A stretch of DNA of 64,000 bases from Naegleria gruberi (taxonomy: Eukaryota). The stretch is from assembly GCA_000004985.1 (NCBI GenBank), contig GG738849.1; one strand, given 5' to 3'. The notes under the pieces are model-generated. The model saw nothing but the letters and a program-made list of their open reading frames with translations. It ran no database searches and was not told the origin of the DNA. Shown in pieces: positions 31,658-43,325 of the stretch. Position 1 is the stretch's first letter. Each line of letters starts with the position of its first letter. The translations under genes were made by a program, and so were the position numbers.

Positions 31658-33054
31658 TTATATGCCTGATGGAGTGAGACCAGTCCAACCGAAGAGTCTA
31701 CCAAGAATTGATGAACCTCTAGTGGCAGAAACAGTTGATGGGGATCGTCCATATAATGTATAGTAAACCAAAGCACTAACCACTGAAACAAGTCCAAAAC
31801 CGCTGGAAATCTTGAGTCCATTCTTCATGGTCTTTTCTCCAGCCTTCTTTTGAATATTATCCAAAGCTTGTTTAGTTTGTTGGGCAGATGGGTCGTCCAA
31901 ATTCTTTTCGAGTTTGACTCTCAAATCAGCAGCAAACTTTGAGAACCACTTTTGTACATCTCCCAAAGTCTTGGTTTCCATGAAAATTCTGGCAGTGAGA
32001 CCCTTTCTAATCTTTACATTCTTCACAAAAACGTTTGGATTATTATAAATTTCAACAAGAGTGGCAATAGCCATAACTTGTGGGATGGCACAGAAACTGA
32101 AAACTTTTGGATCCTTAATGCTTGACATGTATTCGAGACAATCTGGAGCATGTGAGAGGGCATCAGTGACGAGGTAGTTCAATGTTTTAAGAGCTTGTGG
32201 TAAATTCTTTGGATCCTTCAAGTCGGTAACTTGAGTGAGACCAAATTGTTGGAAAGCAGATGATGGATAGAAAGTTCTTCCTTCCTCAATATCTTCAGCA
32301 TAGTCACGAATAATATTAACCTTTTGTAAGAAGAGACCCATGAGATTGGAAAGTGATTTCTTGAGTGGATCTTCCGATGAACCACTGAGGCCAACCTTGA
32401 AGAGAGCTTGTTTATCTTCACCAAAGGCAGTAAACATATCTGAGAGACCAATACCAACCAAACCAGCAACATAGTGACAATATTCATCATAGTCCTTGAC
32501 AGTATCAACACCAGTCATTCCCAAATAATCAACCATACCACAACCCATCTTCATTGTGACATCTTCAATAACAGCTTGATACTTTTGGTCAAGGCTGAGG
32601 AAAATCTTACAAACGTGATCAAAGTGTAACATTAAATCAGCATAGTGAGCAGTAGCATTGAGACTACCACCACAATTTTCCAAATGGAAATTAGGATTAC
32701 GAATCTTTTGATAGAAGGTTCTGAGCAATTCATGTTTAGCTTCAGGATTTTCCTTCAAGTATTCAGTATCGTCTTCAACAGTGTCCAAACCTCTCAAGAC
32801 AAGATAAAAGATGGCAACCTAAAGAGTTCGGAATTAACATTGATTTTAACCATCATATTAATACTTACTGGATGTTTGAGTTCGTCTGGCAATTCTTGAA
32901 TGACCATGGCAAAGGATCTGGATACTTGGTTCAACTTGTCATAACAAAACTTCAAGGATACATCATTTCTATCAATGGCTGGTAACTTGTGGAAATACTT
33001 GAGTTGGATCAAGGCTCCAAACTCGCTAAAGGTTTCAAAAGGAAGAAGACCCAT
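31658..33054 (-). CDS. FDFT1: squalene synthase (farnesyl-diphosphate farnesyltransferase), 2 exons
   Basis: complement(join(31658..32818,32869..33054)). Exon 1 '…CYDKLNQVSRSFAMVIQELPDELKHP' has a GTAAGT donor with a 50-nt intron. Exon 2 'VAIFYLVLRGLDTVEDD…YCHYVAGLVGIGLS…FCAIPQVMAIATL' carries the hallmark SQS motifs. Confidence 0.9.
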
Positions 33055-33217
33055 TTTCTATATATAAATTAAATATTAAATTCACAAATCGTGAGTGATG
33101 GTTGTTGTTGTTGAAAAGCCGATAGGGAGCGAGTGATAGTGTTGTTGAAAGAAATTGTTAACAACAACGGCAAAAGTAATCACAGGCAGGGACAAAATTA
33201 AGAAATTTTTTTCAAAT

Positions 33218-33772
33218 TCAATTTTTAGAATGTAACGGAAAGCGAATCGCAAGTGGTGAAGGAATTAATACAAGGTGGAAAGTCAAAAAATCAATGTGTT
33301 GAAAAGCGACACTTACCTTTGAGAATAAATTCTCCAAAACTTTTTGGTTATGTTCAATGGTTTTTTGAGGTAAAGCAGAATGTAAGTCATCTAGAGTGAG
33401 TCCATTAGTTTGACTCAATGAATGGTTATTATTTACAAGGTTTGAATGATTGGTTGTGTTGGCAGCTGATGGAATGTAGAGTGTTGAATGTTCCAGAGCT
33501 ACGAGGTTATGAGTGGTTTTTCTGTGGAATTCTGCTTTTTGAGAATGGGAACTAGCAACACCTGTTGATGAGGATTTTCTTTTTACAAGCAGAATATTAT
33601 GTTCAGCGGTTTGTAAGGAATTTGTGTGAACGAAATGGTTATTATTGAGAATTGAGGAGGGGGATGGATGAACTGATTTCAACTTATTTGCACTTAAACA
33701 TTCCGATTGACTAGATGTTATCACATTTTCAAATTCCAAATTATTGGATGACACTGGTCCCAAAGAGGTCAA
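33218..33772 (-). CDS. S/N-rich hypothetical protein (184 aa)
   Basis: ORF from the track with low-complexity Ser/Asn/His content and no domain. Boundaries uncertain. Confidence 0.3.
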   Translation of the reverse strand: MTSLGPVSSNNLEFENVITSSQSECLSANKLKSVHPSPSSILNNNHFVHTNSLQTAEHNILLVKRKSSSTGVASSHSQKAEFHRKTTHNLVALEHSTLYIPSAANTTNHSNLVNNNHSLSQTNGLTLDDLHSALPQKTIEHNQKVLENLFSKVSVAFQHIDFLTFHLVLIPSPLAIRFPLHSKN

Positions 33773-34305
33773 TGATTGGTTCCTATTGCTAAATGTTCCA
33801 ATACAATTGTTGGTTATTAAAAAGTGATGATTCCAACAAGGAAACTTGTCTGGTACAACAAGAATTTAGTGTCATCATTAAATTACTTCTGCTTTTAACC
33901 ATTCCACAAGTCTTTTTCATCATCTTTATGTTATTTATGAAGTAGAAAAATAGATGTTTTTAATGCTTATTATAATGATGAAATACACTGAAGAGGTAGT
34001 GTTTGATGGGTAGTATTGTGGTGGGACTTTTTCTTTTGTATCTTTGCTGGATCAAACAATGCCTTGTGCAGAGATTCATCTGAGTCTCGAGATTGGACCA
34101 GATTAAAGTGTGGCGCATTCAATTATAGACTTACAAAGCTTGGAATCGCATGTTAACTGCACAATTGCTACGCTTCAAGGATAGATGAAATAAATTCAAC
34201 TCCAACAAAGAGATTCTTAGTTGTAAGTACATCCAAATCAGAAAAATAATGGATATTTGGCAGTATGGTATTGTCAAACCTTATGACAGTCAATTAGAAT
34301 TTATA

Positions 34306-35640
34306 TTACAAAATCTGTACATTATTTTCTAGTTTCATCTTTTCTCGGTAAGAACTCAGGCAGCATTCAGCCCGACAAAGAAAAGTGAAAGAATCAAGGG
34401 TTGGAGTTATGTTCTCCCTTGATAGAGACAGTACATCTCTCAATAAATTACAATCTTCCTGGAGTTTTTGCCAACCATTTTTCATTTCCATATTTTCTTC
34501 AACTTGTTTTAACTTGAGTGATGACGAATCGTTAGAGTTTAAAATCTCAATCATTTTGGAATTCAAGCTCTCTATACTCTTTTCACATTCATAAATTAGG
34601 TCATTAAGGAGTTGAGAGTGATTTGCTCTGATAAATTCTAATTTTTTCTCATATTCCTCTTCTATTCTTTGGGGAGACCATAACTTGATAGAGTCTAGGT
34701 CAACTATGTAAGTTTGTGAGCTCGCTGGCAAGTTAGTTAAATCGAGAGAATTTTCAGATTCCTCCATTTCTTGATCCTCCATATCATCGCTGTTCTCCGT
34801 TTTAATTTTCTTGTTAGAGGGGGATTGCATGTTGGATTTCCTCTTTGTTTTCGAAGAATCAGTTGTCACCGATTGAGTATCTGAATTATCTTCAATAACT
34901 TTAACTAAATTTCTAGTATCAAGACTTTTCATTCTATTATCCTTATTCTTTTTTATAAGAGCCTCAATCTCTTGATCGCTCATTGCCTCTAATCTTTCTT
35001 TCAGTTCTGATCGTTTACAAACATTTTTGTATCTGTTAGAAAGTTGAATGTCAGGAAAGAACCCCTCGTACTCTTTCGAGGCTATCAATGACCATTTCTT
35101 ATCATGTTTTGTGCAATAGTGCAATAACTCTAAATCTTCTTCATCACTCCATCGATGCTTTTTGGCATTTAATGTTCTGTGATACCTCTGATATAAAAAG
35201 TTTGAGGAATATTGACTATTGAATAATTTACGGTTGATCTCTTTCCATTGTATTGGATTATTACTTTCAGTGTATTGTCTAACTGCATCAATTAACATCA
35301 AATCTTGTTCTTTTGAAAGAGTCATTTTCTTCTTTTTCTTTTTATCATCATCCTCTTGTTTTTTACTGTTTTTCTTCTTTCTGGTAGAGGGCTTTTTCCC
35401 AGGATCTTCTGGAGTTGTGTGACTTCCATCATCAGAAGGCGACGAAGGAGGTTGTTGTGATGTTCGAGGAGGAGTTGAGATGAGTCCATTATTATTATTT
35501 ACAATATTTGAAGTAGAGGCATTGTTATTCATCATCACCATTGGAGAAAATTTGTCAACCAATTGGTGACTAAAACCATTGAATTGATTGCCCGTAATCA
35601 TTCCAATCTTCAATTTGTCTTTTTTTACAAAGTACTTCAA
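34306..35640 (-). CDS. Myb/SANT-domain DNA-binding protein
   Basis: Two Myb-like repeats with spaced Trp/aromatic residues (…LSKEQDLMLIDAVRQYTESNNPIQWKEINRKL… and …RWSDEEDLELLHYCTKHDKKWSLIASK…), preceded by a basic KKKKKK stretch. Confidence 0.6.
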   Translation of the reverse strand: MKYFVKKDKLKIGMITGNQFNGFSHQLVDKFSPMVMMNNNASTSNIVNNNNGLISTPPRTSQQPPSSPSDDGSHTTPEDPGKKPSTRKKKNSKKQEDDDKKKKKKMTLSKEQDLMLIDAVRQYTESNNPIQWKEINRKLFNSQYSSNFLYQRYHRTLNAKKHRWSDEEDLELLHYCTKHDKKWSLIASKEYEGFFPDIQLSNRYKNVCKRSELKERLEAMSDQEIEALIKKNKDNRMKSLDTRNLVKVIEDNSDTQSVTTDSSKTKRKSNMQSPSNKKIKTENSDDMEDQEMEESENSLDLTNLPASSQTYIVDLDSIKLWSPQRIEEEYEKKLEFIRANHSQLLNDLIYECEKSIESLNSKMIEILNSNDSSSLKLKQVEENMEMKNGWQKLQEDCNLLRDVLSLSRENITPTLDSFTFLCRAECCLSSYREKMKLENNVQIL

Positions 35641-36020
35641 ACAACTTTCCGAATCGAAAAAGTACGTGACTTCACAACCAGTCTCTCTTTTTCAAAAACT
35701 ATAAGTAATTGATGTGTCTTGAAGCGGCGATCACCACCATTGTCTCTATCAAAATAAATATTCTTAAACACAGTGCTCCAAGCCTATAATGCTGATGCTT
35801 TGAGAATTAAAATTTGATAGCGAGCAAGTTTGAAGAAAGAAAGGGTCTGTTTTTTTTGATCAAATTCAATCTCCCGCCAACTCATCATACGGTTTGCAAA
35901 ACCGCTTAAAAAAAATCAAACAGTCTTCTTGGACAATTGCTGAGAGAGATTTTCATCATCATTCATCATCAAATTGGTGGAAACTAATCAGTGTTAGAGT
36001 AGTAAAAGAATAGTGTAAAT

Positions 36021-37197
36021 ATGAAGAAAACAAGTATAGGGGGTTCTACCTTAAAACAATTTAATATGGATTCAATAGGATCGATTAAATCAACAAATGG
36101 GACAGTGCCGGTCAGCACAGGAACATTAAAAAAGACACCAAGTTCTTCAGGTAGTGCAACTAAACCAAAAGTTTCAAAACCATCATCAGCCTCCTCTCAG
36201 GCATCATCTTCCTCTACAAGGAGTAACAATTCAACTATCGGAAAGAAAGTTGCACCAAAAGCTCTCGAAGATTTATATGAACAATCCAAAAAGAATCCAG
36301 TTGTTGCAAAGGCAAAGCAGAAAGCAATTGAGGCAGGTGAACCTGTTGACAAGCTTGCCTTTGAAACTGTGGTTTTGGAGGAAGAGTTGAAAAAACTCAA
36401 AATGAATATAATGAAAGATAAGGAGGTGAGAAGTACTATGCCGTAGGTTTTCATATTTAAAATTGTTGACTAAATTTCAAATTAGAAAGCAAGGATTTTG
36501 GAAAAGTTCACAAAAAATTAGGGAAGAATTGACACAAACAACGTCTCCAACAATGAGTAATAGACCCCCTTCATCCACAACAATGAGAAATTCTTTCAGT
36601 AGAGATGGTGAGCAGGGAAAGGTCATTAAAATTAGATCATCTATAACGAGCTTAACAAACAGTAGACCAAGCAGCTCTGCTGGTTTAAATAGTAGTACAC
36701 TTTCTGTAAAAACTAAACCTATTCCAGGAACACAATACGAGGAAATTATAGAGTTTGCTGGCCACAAAGCAAGTGCAGTATCGACGGAAACAAGTACAGC
36801 AAATGGAGGGGGCGTATTCTTGAATGGAGAATATAATGAGGCTGAACAAAGCAGGCTATTCCAGGAGGCCCTTAGAAATTGGAGGGGTGATAACAAATTG
36901 GAATCTAAAATTTATGAAGAGGATAACTCTGCAACCATGCAACGAGGAAAATTGAAGGAAGGCAATTATGATGAGCATTTGCAACAAAAACTATTCAAAG
37001 ATGCTGTAATGTCTTGGAGAAATGGAGGAGCATCAGATAGCAAACGAGAGAAATGCAATGCAGAAACAGAGTCAGATCAAAACATGACCAATACTGAAAG
37101 AAAAATGAATGGAATGGCACTGTTTCAGAATGAGTTTTTGGAGCATTTAAGAAATGCAACAAGGCATACTTATTTTGACTTACATTTCAGGAAATAA
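36021..37197 (+). CDS. hypothetical S/T-rich protein, probably 2 exons (36021..~36430 and ~36481..37197), with an internal tandem repeat
   Basis: Two same-strand ORFs separated by 'aaggag|gtgaga…tttcaaattag'. Second half has a duplicated block '…QEALRNWRGDNKLESKIYEEDNSATMQRGKLKEGNYDEHLQQKLFKDAVMSWRNGGASDSKREK…'. Confidence 0.4.
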
Positions 37198-37224
37198 CTT
37201 TGTAAATAATGGATAAATAATTTA

Positions 37225-39636
37225 TTACTTTTTCGACAAAACTTTTTCGACAACACCTGCAGCAACAGTCTCGCCATTCACTCTAGCTGTTAAACGACCA
37301 AACTTGGCAAAATCAGCATACTTTTCAATTGAGATAGTATTATCAGTAACTATGGTTACAATAGCATTCGAATACTTTGGAATACATTTTGGTTTCTTTT
37401 CAAGTATTTCTAATTGCTTGTTTAAGGTACAAGTGAGTTTGGTAATTACAGCTGGAACATCAATGTTGTGCAAATGGAGAACAACATGAGCACCCTTAAT
37501 GATTGGTATCTTCATATCAAAGGTAGCAATTCTAGCCTTGAATCTATTTGTTACCTTAATTTCATTTCCAATAGGGCATAGAATTTGACCAACCATAAGC
37601 TTTTCTATATCAATAGATCCCAAACCAATTTCAACATTGTCACCAGCATAACCATGCTTGACAGGACTCTTATGACGAAGAATGGATTTAACTGTACAAA
37701 CTTCTCTAATTGGCATAATAACCAATTCGTCTCCTTCTGAGATAGTACCTGTTTCAATCTTACCAGCAACAGTAATACCAGTTGCCAATGATTTATAAAC
37801 ATCAGAAACCGACATTCTCAAGGCCTTTTCAATATCACGAGGTTTAGGTTCGAACTTGTCAATTCTTTCAACAACTGAAAGACCATCATACCATGAAATA
37901 GATCCTGATTTTGTGATCAAATTTTCTCCTTGAAGACCACTAGCAGGAATATAAAAAACATGACTACCGTCTTGAGTTTGGAATCCTATTTGTCTCATAA
38001 AGTCGTCCAATTGAGCTACAATACTATCATAACGTTCCTTTGACCATCCGATTGAGTCCAACTTGTTTACGACAACAATTACTTGTTCAACTCCCAAACT
38101 TCTAGCTAAAATCAAGTGTTCCTTAGTTTGACCTCCATTGGCAAATCCTGTTTCAAAACCACCAGGAGTTGAATCAATAACTAGAATAGCAAAGTCAGCT
38201 TGAGCAGCACCAGTAATCATTTTTGGAATAAAATCCTTGTGACCTGGGGCATCCAAAATGGTAACATGACGATTTGGTGTTTCGAAATATCGTACACCAA
38301 CATCCATTGTGACACCACGTTGTCTTTCCTCTTCATGTTCATCCATTACCCAAGCAAAGTGGAATGATGATTTACCAATTTCAACTGACTCCTTCTTGAA
38401 TTTACGTAAAGTATTCTCAGAAACATTTCCCAATTTGTAAAGTAAATGTCCCATCAAGGTTGATTTACCAGCATCAACGTGACCAATAATAACAACATTA
38501 ATACGCTTCTTTTCCTTATCCTCAGGAGCCTTGTGTTTAATACCAGAGGATTTAATTGGTTTTGGTGATTGTGGTTCCTTCTTTTCTGATTCATCAATAT
38601 CCATATCTAAAATTGTGGTATTCTTAGACTTATTCTTTTGAGGAGTTTGTTTCTTTTCAATTGGTTTAAAGTCCTCAAGAGGTTTGTGACTAGCTTTTTG
38701 TTGAGATCTAGCAGAACTAATGAGATCATCTGGAGATGGTGTGTCAAATTTAAAAAAATCAATTATAGGGGAAGAATTGGTGTTTGAATTATTAACATGT
38801 TTTTTGTTGTGGAGTATTTCATAATAGGGAGACAATCGTTCTGGAGAGTTTGCAAAAAATGACTTTACAAAGGATTCATTGGTGAGAGAGGTTGTAAGGC
38901 AACGACCAAAAGCTGATGCAACTGCTTGACCTGTTTCTTGATTCTTTTGATTTGACGAATCAGAGAGTGAGCTTTGTGAAAGCTTTTTGATAATTTCTCT
39001 TTCATCTTCACTCAAATCAGAATCATTATTGTCTAAATCTGTCTTGTTGGATTTTCTCATATTCTTCTTCTTGTTAGAAGAAACAGATCTGAGGTATTCT
39101 TCATCAGAGGACACTTCTTCCTCCGATGAGCTGATTGACTGTTGCACTTTTGGTGTTGATTTTACATCGCTTGGTGGTTGAGTGGAATTGGAAATTTTGG
39201 AACCTCTTCCTGCCGAGAGAGGAGTTGTGTTGTTATTATTATTACTGGAAGATGATGGTGTAGTGGTAGTAGAGTTATTATCTGATGTTGTTGGTGGTAT
39301 TGTAGAGGTTTCACTCTTTACGGTTATCACAGGCCCTGAATTATTCGTTCGCATCAATCCACCCCGTCCAGCACTTACTATTGGAGTTGATGATGATGTT
39401 GTTGTTGTTGTAGTTGTGGGTATATTACCACCACTCAACAGTGATGAACCTCTTCCGGCCGAATTATTGCTACTATTGTTTGCTATTGTGGAAACAACAA
39501 CTGGAGCACTGGAAATAACATTTCCTCTACCGATGCCAGCTACACTACTAACACTTGTTGGTTGTTGTTGATTGATGGTTGGTGAAGAATTGGCGTTTCC
39601 AAGAAGGAGCCCACCTCTTCCTCTACCAGCAGACAT
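37225..39636 (-). CDS. HBS1L: HBS1-like translational GTPase with long low-complexity N-terminal extension
   Basis: G domain 'VVIIGHVDAGKSTLMGHLLYKLGNV…DEHEEERQRGVTMDVGVRYFETPNRHVTILDAPGHKDFIPKMITGAAQADFAILVID…NKLD', then beta-barrel domains II/III matching HBS1L better than eRF3 or eEF1A. Confidence 0.9.
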   Translation of the reverse strand: MSAGRGRGGLLLGNANSSPTINQQQPTSVSSVAGIGRGNVISSAPVVVSTIANNSSNNSAGRGSSLLSGGNIPTTTTTTTSSSTPIVSAGRGGLMRTNNSGPVITVKSETSTIPPTTSDNNSTTTTPSSSSNNNNNTTPLSAGRGSKISNSTQPPSDVKSTPKVQQSISSSEEEVSSDEEYLRSVSSNKKKNMRKSNKTDLDNNDSDLSEDEREIIKKLSQSSLSDSSNQKNQETGQAVASAFGRCLTTSLTNESFVKSFFANSPERLSPYYEILHNKKHVNNSNTNSSPIIDFFKFDTPSPDDLISSARSQQKASHKPLEDFKPIEKKQTPQKNKSKNTTILDMDIDESEKKEPQSPKPIKSSGIKHKAPEDKEKKRINVVIIGHVDAGKSTLMGHLLYKLGNVSENTLRKFKKESVEIGKSSFHFAWVMDEHEEERQRGVTMDVGVRYFETPNRHVTILDAPGHKDFIPKMITGAAQADFAILVIDSTPGGFETGFANGGQTKEHLILARSLGVEQVIVVVNKLDSIGWSKERYDSIVAQLDDFMRQIGFQTQDGSHVFYIPASGLQGENLITKSGSISWYDGLSVVERIDKFEPKPRDIEKALRMSVSDVYKSLATGITVAGKIETGTISEGDELVIMPIREVCTVKSILRHKSPVKHGYAGDNVEIGLGSIDIEKLMVGQILCPIGNEIKVTNRFKARIATFDMKIPIIKGAHVVLHLHNIDVPAVITKLTCTLNKQLEILEKKPKCIPKYSNAIVTIVTDNTISIEKYADFAKFGRLTARVNGETVAAGVVEKVLSKK

Positions 39637-39772
39637 TTTTTTCTATTTGATTAACAACACAAGCTCTCTCAACATTAACAGTCATTATTGCAAACCAATT
39701 CCCAGAACAATGTGTCCACTCCTATCATGTCATACTCAACACTCGTTCATGTTTTGAAAATAAACATAGAAT

Positions 39773-40560
39773 TCACACGATCAAAATGAAATTAAACATA
39801 CCAGTAAAGATATTTTCAGAAACTTCACTTGTTGGTGTTGGAGTGCCAGAAATCTCGGTAAAATTATCCAATTCTGAAACTAGAATGATATTATTCCTAT
39901 TATCCTTCTTTTTGCTTGATTGTTTCTTATTGTCATTCTTCTTTTGAGAATTGGAAGATGTGGCAGCAGGTTGTTGTTGTGTGGCTTTAGTTGTATTGGC
40001 AGCCTTATTTGAGTTATTCTTATTTCCAGTAGTTTTAGAATTATTTGATTTTACAACAATATTGACTGCTGACTTTTTCTTTCTCTCCTCTTCTTTTTGA
40101 GCCATTTCATAAATTTCATTAATGCAAGCTTCAAAATCTCCATCACATCTTTCCAAAATATCAACTAGGAATGGTTCACCTTCTGGTTTCTTAATCAATG
40201 GGAAAATTGAAAGAATATATTGTGATGATTCAGCATCAATTCCGTGAATTATAAAATCCGCAAGCTGATGAACTGGATCATCAGATTCTATTAATTATCA
40301 AATAATATTCCAAAAATCATATTGATGATAAAACATTTAAAAAGCCTTTTAAATACCACACATTGAATTTATCACACATACCATTTTGTCCATTTTCATC
40401 CTCATCATATTCATACTCATCATCGAGGTCTTATCCGATATAGAATACATAATTAGTGGCAACAGTATTAGAACACATTCAAATAATTTTAAATTCTCTC
40501 TCCAAACACCACAACTAGCAACCTACCTTCATCATCGTAAAAGTTGGAGTGTCTAGGCAT
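39773..40560 (-). CDS. CUE-domain protein, 3 exons
   Basis: complement(join(39773..40287,40382..40429,40527..40560)). Exon 1 'MPRHSNFYDDE' has a GTAGGT donor; exon 2 'DLDDEYEYDEDENGQN' has a GTATGT donor; both introns are ~95 nt and all phase-1. CUE-like '…SQYILSIFPLIKKPEGEPFLVDILERCDGDFEACINEIYEM', then a K/N/S-rich tail. Confidence 0.6.
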
Positions 40561-40964
40561 TTTTCTTTAAATATTCTAAAAACTTAAGGTGGCACTATTG
40601 TTCATTGTTCACCAAAATTTAAAAAAAAATAACAAGTCGAAACAGTTTATATCTTGTTTGTCCTTTGTGACAATCATTGCCACACAATACACGAGCTGAT
40701 TTACAAGGACAACTTTTGCAGTACATGAACATGAAACACCATGATCTATTTTCTTCTTCTTTCTTTTTCGGAAATTAATTTCTGTTGATTGTGTTTCTGA
40801 AACTATGCACTTCTTTCGTCAATTTTACAACAAGCATCTTGTTTTTTCTCCATAGCACTTGTCATAATTTCCACACCAGTGATCTACATACACATTCAGT
40901 ATTGTTCTTAGAATATTCTCTTTTGCATGCTACAGAAACAGTTGAATCCTATCTGATGGTTGAG

Positions 40965-40990
40965 AACTTCGTGATGCAACTTCGTGATGC
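40965..40990. repeat. tandem 13-mer 'aacttcgtgatgc' x2 inside a 1.2-kb divergent intergenic region
   Basis: Direct reading of the sequence: aacttcgtgatgc aacttcgtgatgc. Confidence 0.7.
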
Positions 40991-41742
40991 GATTTCATTT
41001 AAAATTTGTAGAAACATCCGAAAATAAAATTAATTGGTTTTGATAGTACTTTTAGTTGCTTATTTTCAATACGGAAACACAATAAGAAGGCAAAGTAAAG
41101 TTGGTACAAACATAACAACACATCTAGACCATATCTTGTTTTTTGCAATGTTTAATTTTGTTACTGGAGTGTAGGAGAAGATTAAAACTTTAATTTTTTT
41201 ACCGTTACGATGATGAAGAACAATCGGATCATGTTGGGATTTCATTATTTATTCTAAAGAGAGTGAAAAGTAAAGCAAAGTAAAGTAGGGATAAACTATT
41301 CACATATAAGAGAAGATGCTGTCTTCTAACCAAGTCTCCAAATTTGTAGGAGAGTGTAGGAGAACCTCTCAAACTTTAATAAATTACTTCGTCATTCAGC
41401 AAGAATTGTAAAAAATAATTAACCAAAAATTTTTACCGAATTTCCTTTTATTGTCAGCTACAGTGCCACCTTAAAAATAGAAATTGTTCAATTTTAAATA
41501 GTACCTCAGAGATTTTGAGTTACCATTATCAATGAAAGTTTATACTACTTGCAAAGATGAATGGATGAATGGAAAATCTTGTTGTTACTAATTAAATATG
41601 AAGATGAGAAAAAGTGAATAATAAAAAACGAATAATTCTATTTTTCAACAACTTGTTTGAAATTCTGTAAATTTTTTGTTGATTAAAAAAAAATTCGTCA
41701 TCATCGAATCAAACAATACCACAAACAATAACCATCATCAAA

Positions 41743-43071
41743 ATGGTCGAAAGATTCCGTAACAAGAAGAAGCACACTACCAAGTCTGTGGATACAGTTG
41801 GAAAGTTGAGAAAGTTAAAAAAACATTATCCAGAATTAACCGGACCATTTAAACCAACAGCTGGTTTTACTAAACAACCTGAAGTAGTACAATCAAATAT
41901 TTCTAATGAAGAGGAATTGAGGTTACAAAGAGTATTGGCTGAAAATCCACTCTCATATGATGCCCGTACAAAACTTAAAAGAGAAACTTCCAAAAGAGAA
42001 TTCCGTGATGATTTGAGCCGATTAACTAAACAAGATGAAGCTAAATTTCAATTATCATTCACTCCAAAAGCAATTGAATCCGAAGTAAAAGCAAAGGAAG
42101 AAAAATATGCAAATACATCATGTGAAAAAGCTGACAAGAATAATCAACAGAGAGATATGTTCAGAGTGAAAAAACATGAAAAGAAACCAGTCACATTCTC
42201 TACAGGAAATGTTAAAAAGAGATTGATTGGACAAGTAGAAGGTGATCCATTGATTGGATTCTGGCAAGGAACTGATTTAACCAAGAGAAGAAAGCCATCT
42301 GAACCACAACAAGATATTGTTGAACAAGTTAAGAATGCTGTCTATAATCCGACTACTGGTCAATCATACAATCCAACTCTTAAAGAATATAAGAAGGCTT
42401 TGGAAATGGCTTCTAAGGGTGAATCAAAGATTTTCAATAGATTGGATAATATTTTGGATCAACTTACAAATAGAGATGATGATGCCGCAAATATTTCCAT
42501 AAAATCTATACGTATGGAAGACTTTTTAGCTAAAACACCAATTGAGAATAATGAAGAACCAACCGAGGAAAATAATGAAACAAAGGAAAAACAAAAGCCA
42601 AAATTCTTGAAAAAGAAAAAGATTCTTTCACTCACAAAGAGAAAGGGTCTGAGAAAACATAAGGGTGATTTGATTAGATCCCTCGTTAAAAAGAAGAGAG
42701 CTGCTGAAGAAACTGTCAATGTTACAAAATTGGGTAAAAAATTATTGCGACACAGAATGGACTATGAAAAGAGTATTCCAAAGATTCAAGAAAGACGTTT
42801 GAAGGAGCATTTGAAAAAGATCAGAAAAGTTCCAGTTCAAAGATCTGACGATGTCATGATTAATGATGATAAGGATATTGAAGAAGCCTTCCATACTCAA
42901 CCAAAAGATGAATCTCAAACACTCTCTTCTGTTTCCTCATTCAGAACAATGCAAAGTGGTAATTCACTTTCACTTTGGTCATCCATGACAAGAAGATTCC
43001 ACGATACAAAGACTGTTCACATTCAACCATATTCTAAAGGTCACATGAAAGTTGGCAATTACACAATATAA
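41743..43071 (+). CDS. ribosome-biogenesis protein, probably Nop53/GLTSCR2 family
   Basis: Basic K/R-rich protein with the family-typical 'SYNP' motif (…TGQSYNPTLKEYKKALE…) and a C-terminal basic coiled region. Overall architecture matches Nop53. Confidence 0.5.
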   Translation: MVERFRNKKKHTTKSVDTVGKLRKLKKHYPELTGPFKPTAGFTKQPEVVQSNISNEEELRLQRVLAENPLSYDARTKLKRETSKREFRDDLSRLTKQDEAKFQLSFTPKAIESEVKAKEEKYANTSCEKADKNNQQRDMFRVKKHEKKPVTFSTGNVKKRLIGQVEGDPLIGFWQGTDLTKRRKPSEPQQDIVEQVKNAVYNPTTGQSYNPTLKEYKKALEMASKGESKIFNRLDNILDQLTNRDDDAANISIKSIRMEDFLAKTPIENNEEPTEENNETKEKQKPKFLKKKKILSLTKRKGLRKHKGDLIRSLVKKKRAAEETVNVTKLGKKLLRHRMDYEKSIPKIQERRLKEHLKKIRKVPVQRSDDVMINDDKDIEEAFHTQPKDESQTLSSVSSFRTMQSGNSLSLWSSMTRRFHDTKTVHIQPYSKGHMKVGNYTI

Positions 43072-43325
43072 AATATTTAAATTATTTAAAAAACTAAATT
43101 GTAAATTTTAACTTTTAAACTTTTTTTAAATAGAAAAATCATCTTTTTTCACATTGTCAAATTTGGAAAATAATTTAAAAATCCAATAAAAATTATTTAA
43201 AACATCCTCTAAGATTTCCTGAGATGAAATATTACATTGAACTATTTGAAATTTAAATTAAATAATTATATTTTTATTACAACAATATCGTTTTGAAAAT
43301 TTGAAAAAACTCTAGTACATTCAAC

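Noticed and set aside
40640-40800. Minus-strand Cys-rich mini-ORF (…SWCFMFMYCKSCPCKSARVLCGNDCHKGQTRYKLFRLVIFF) in the long intergenic region
   Set aside because: No in-frame ATG with reasonable context and only ~40 codons. The Cys spacing is suggestive, but the ORF is too short and unsupported.
40586-41472. 11-nt inverted repeat pair as terminal inverted repeats of a transposon
   Set aside because: Only 11 nt match, with no target-site duplication and no transposase-like ORF between them. Retained only as a note within the intergenic-region finding.
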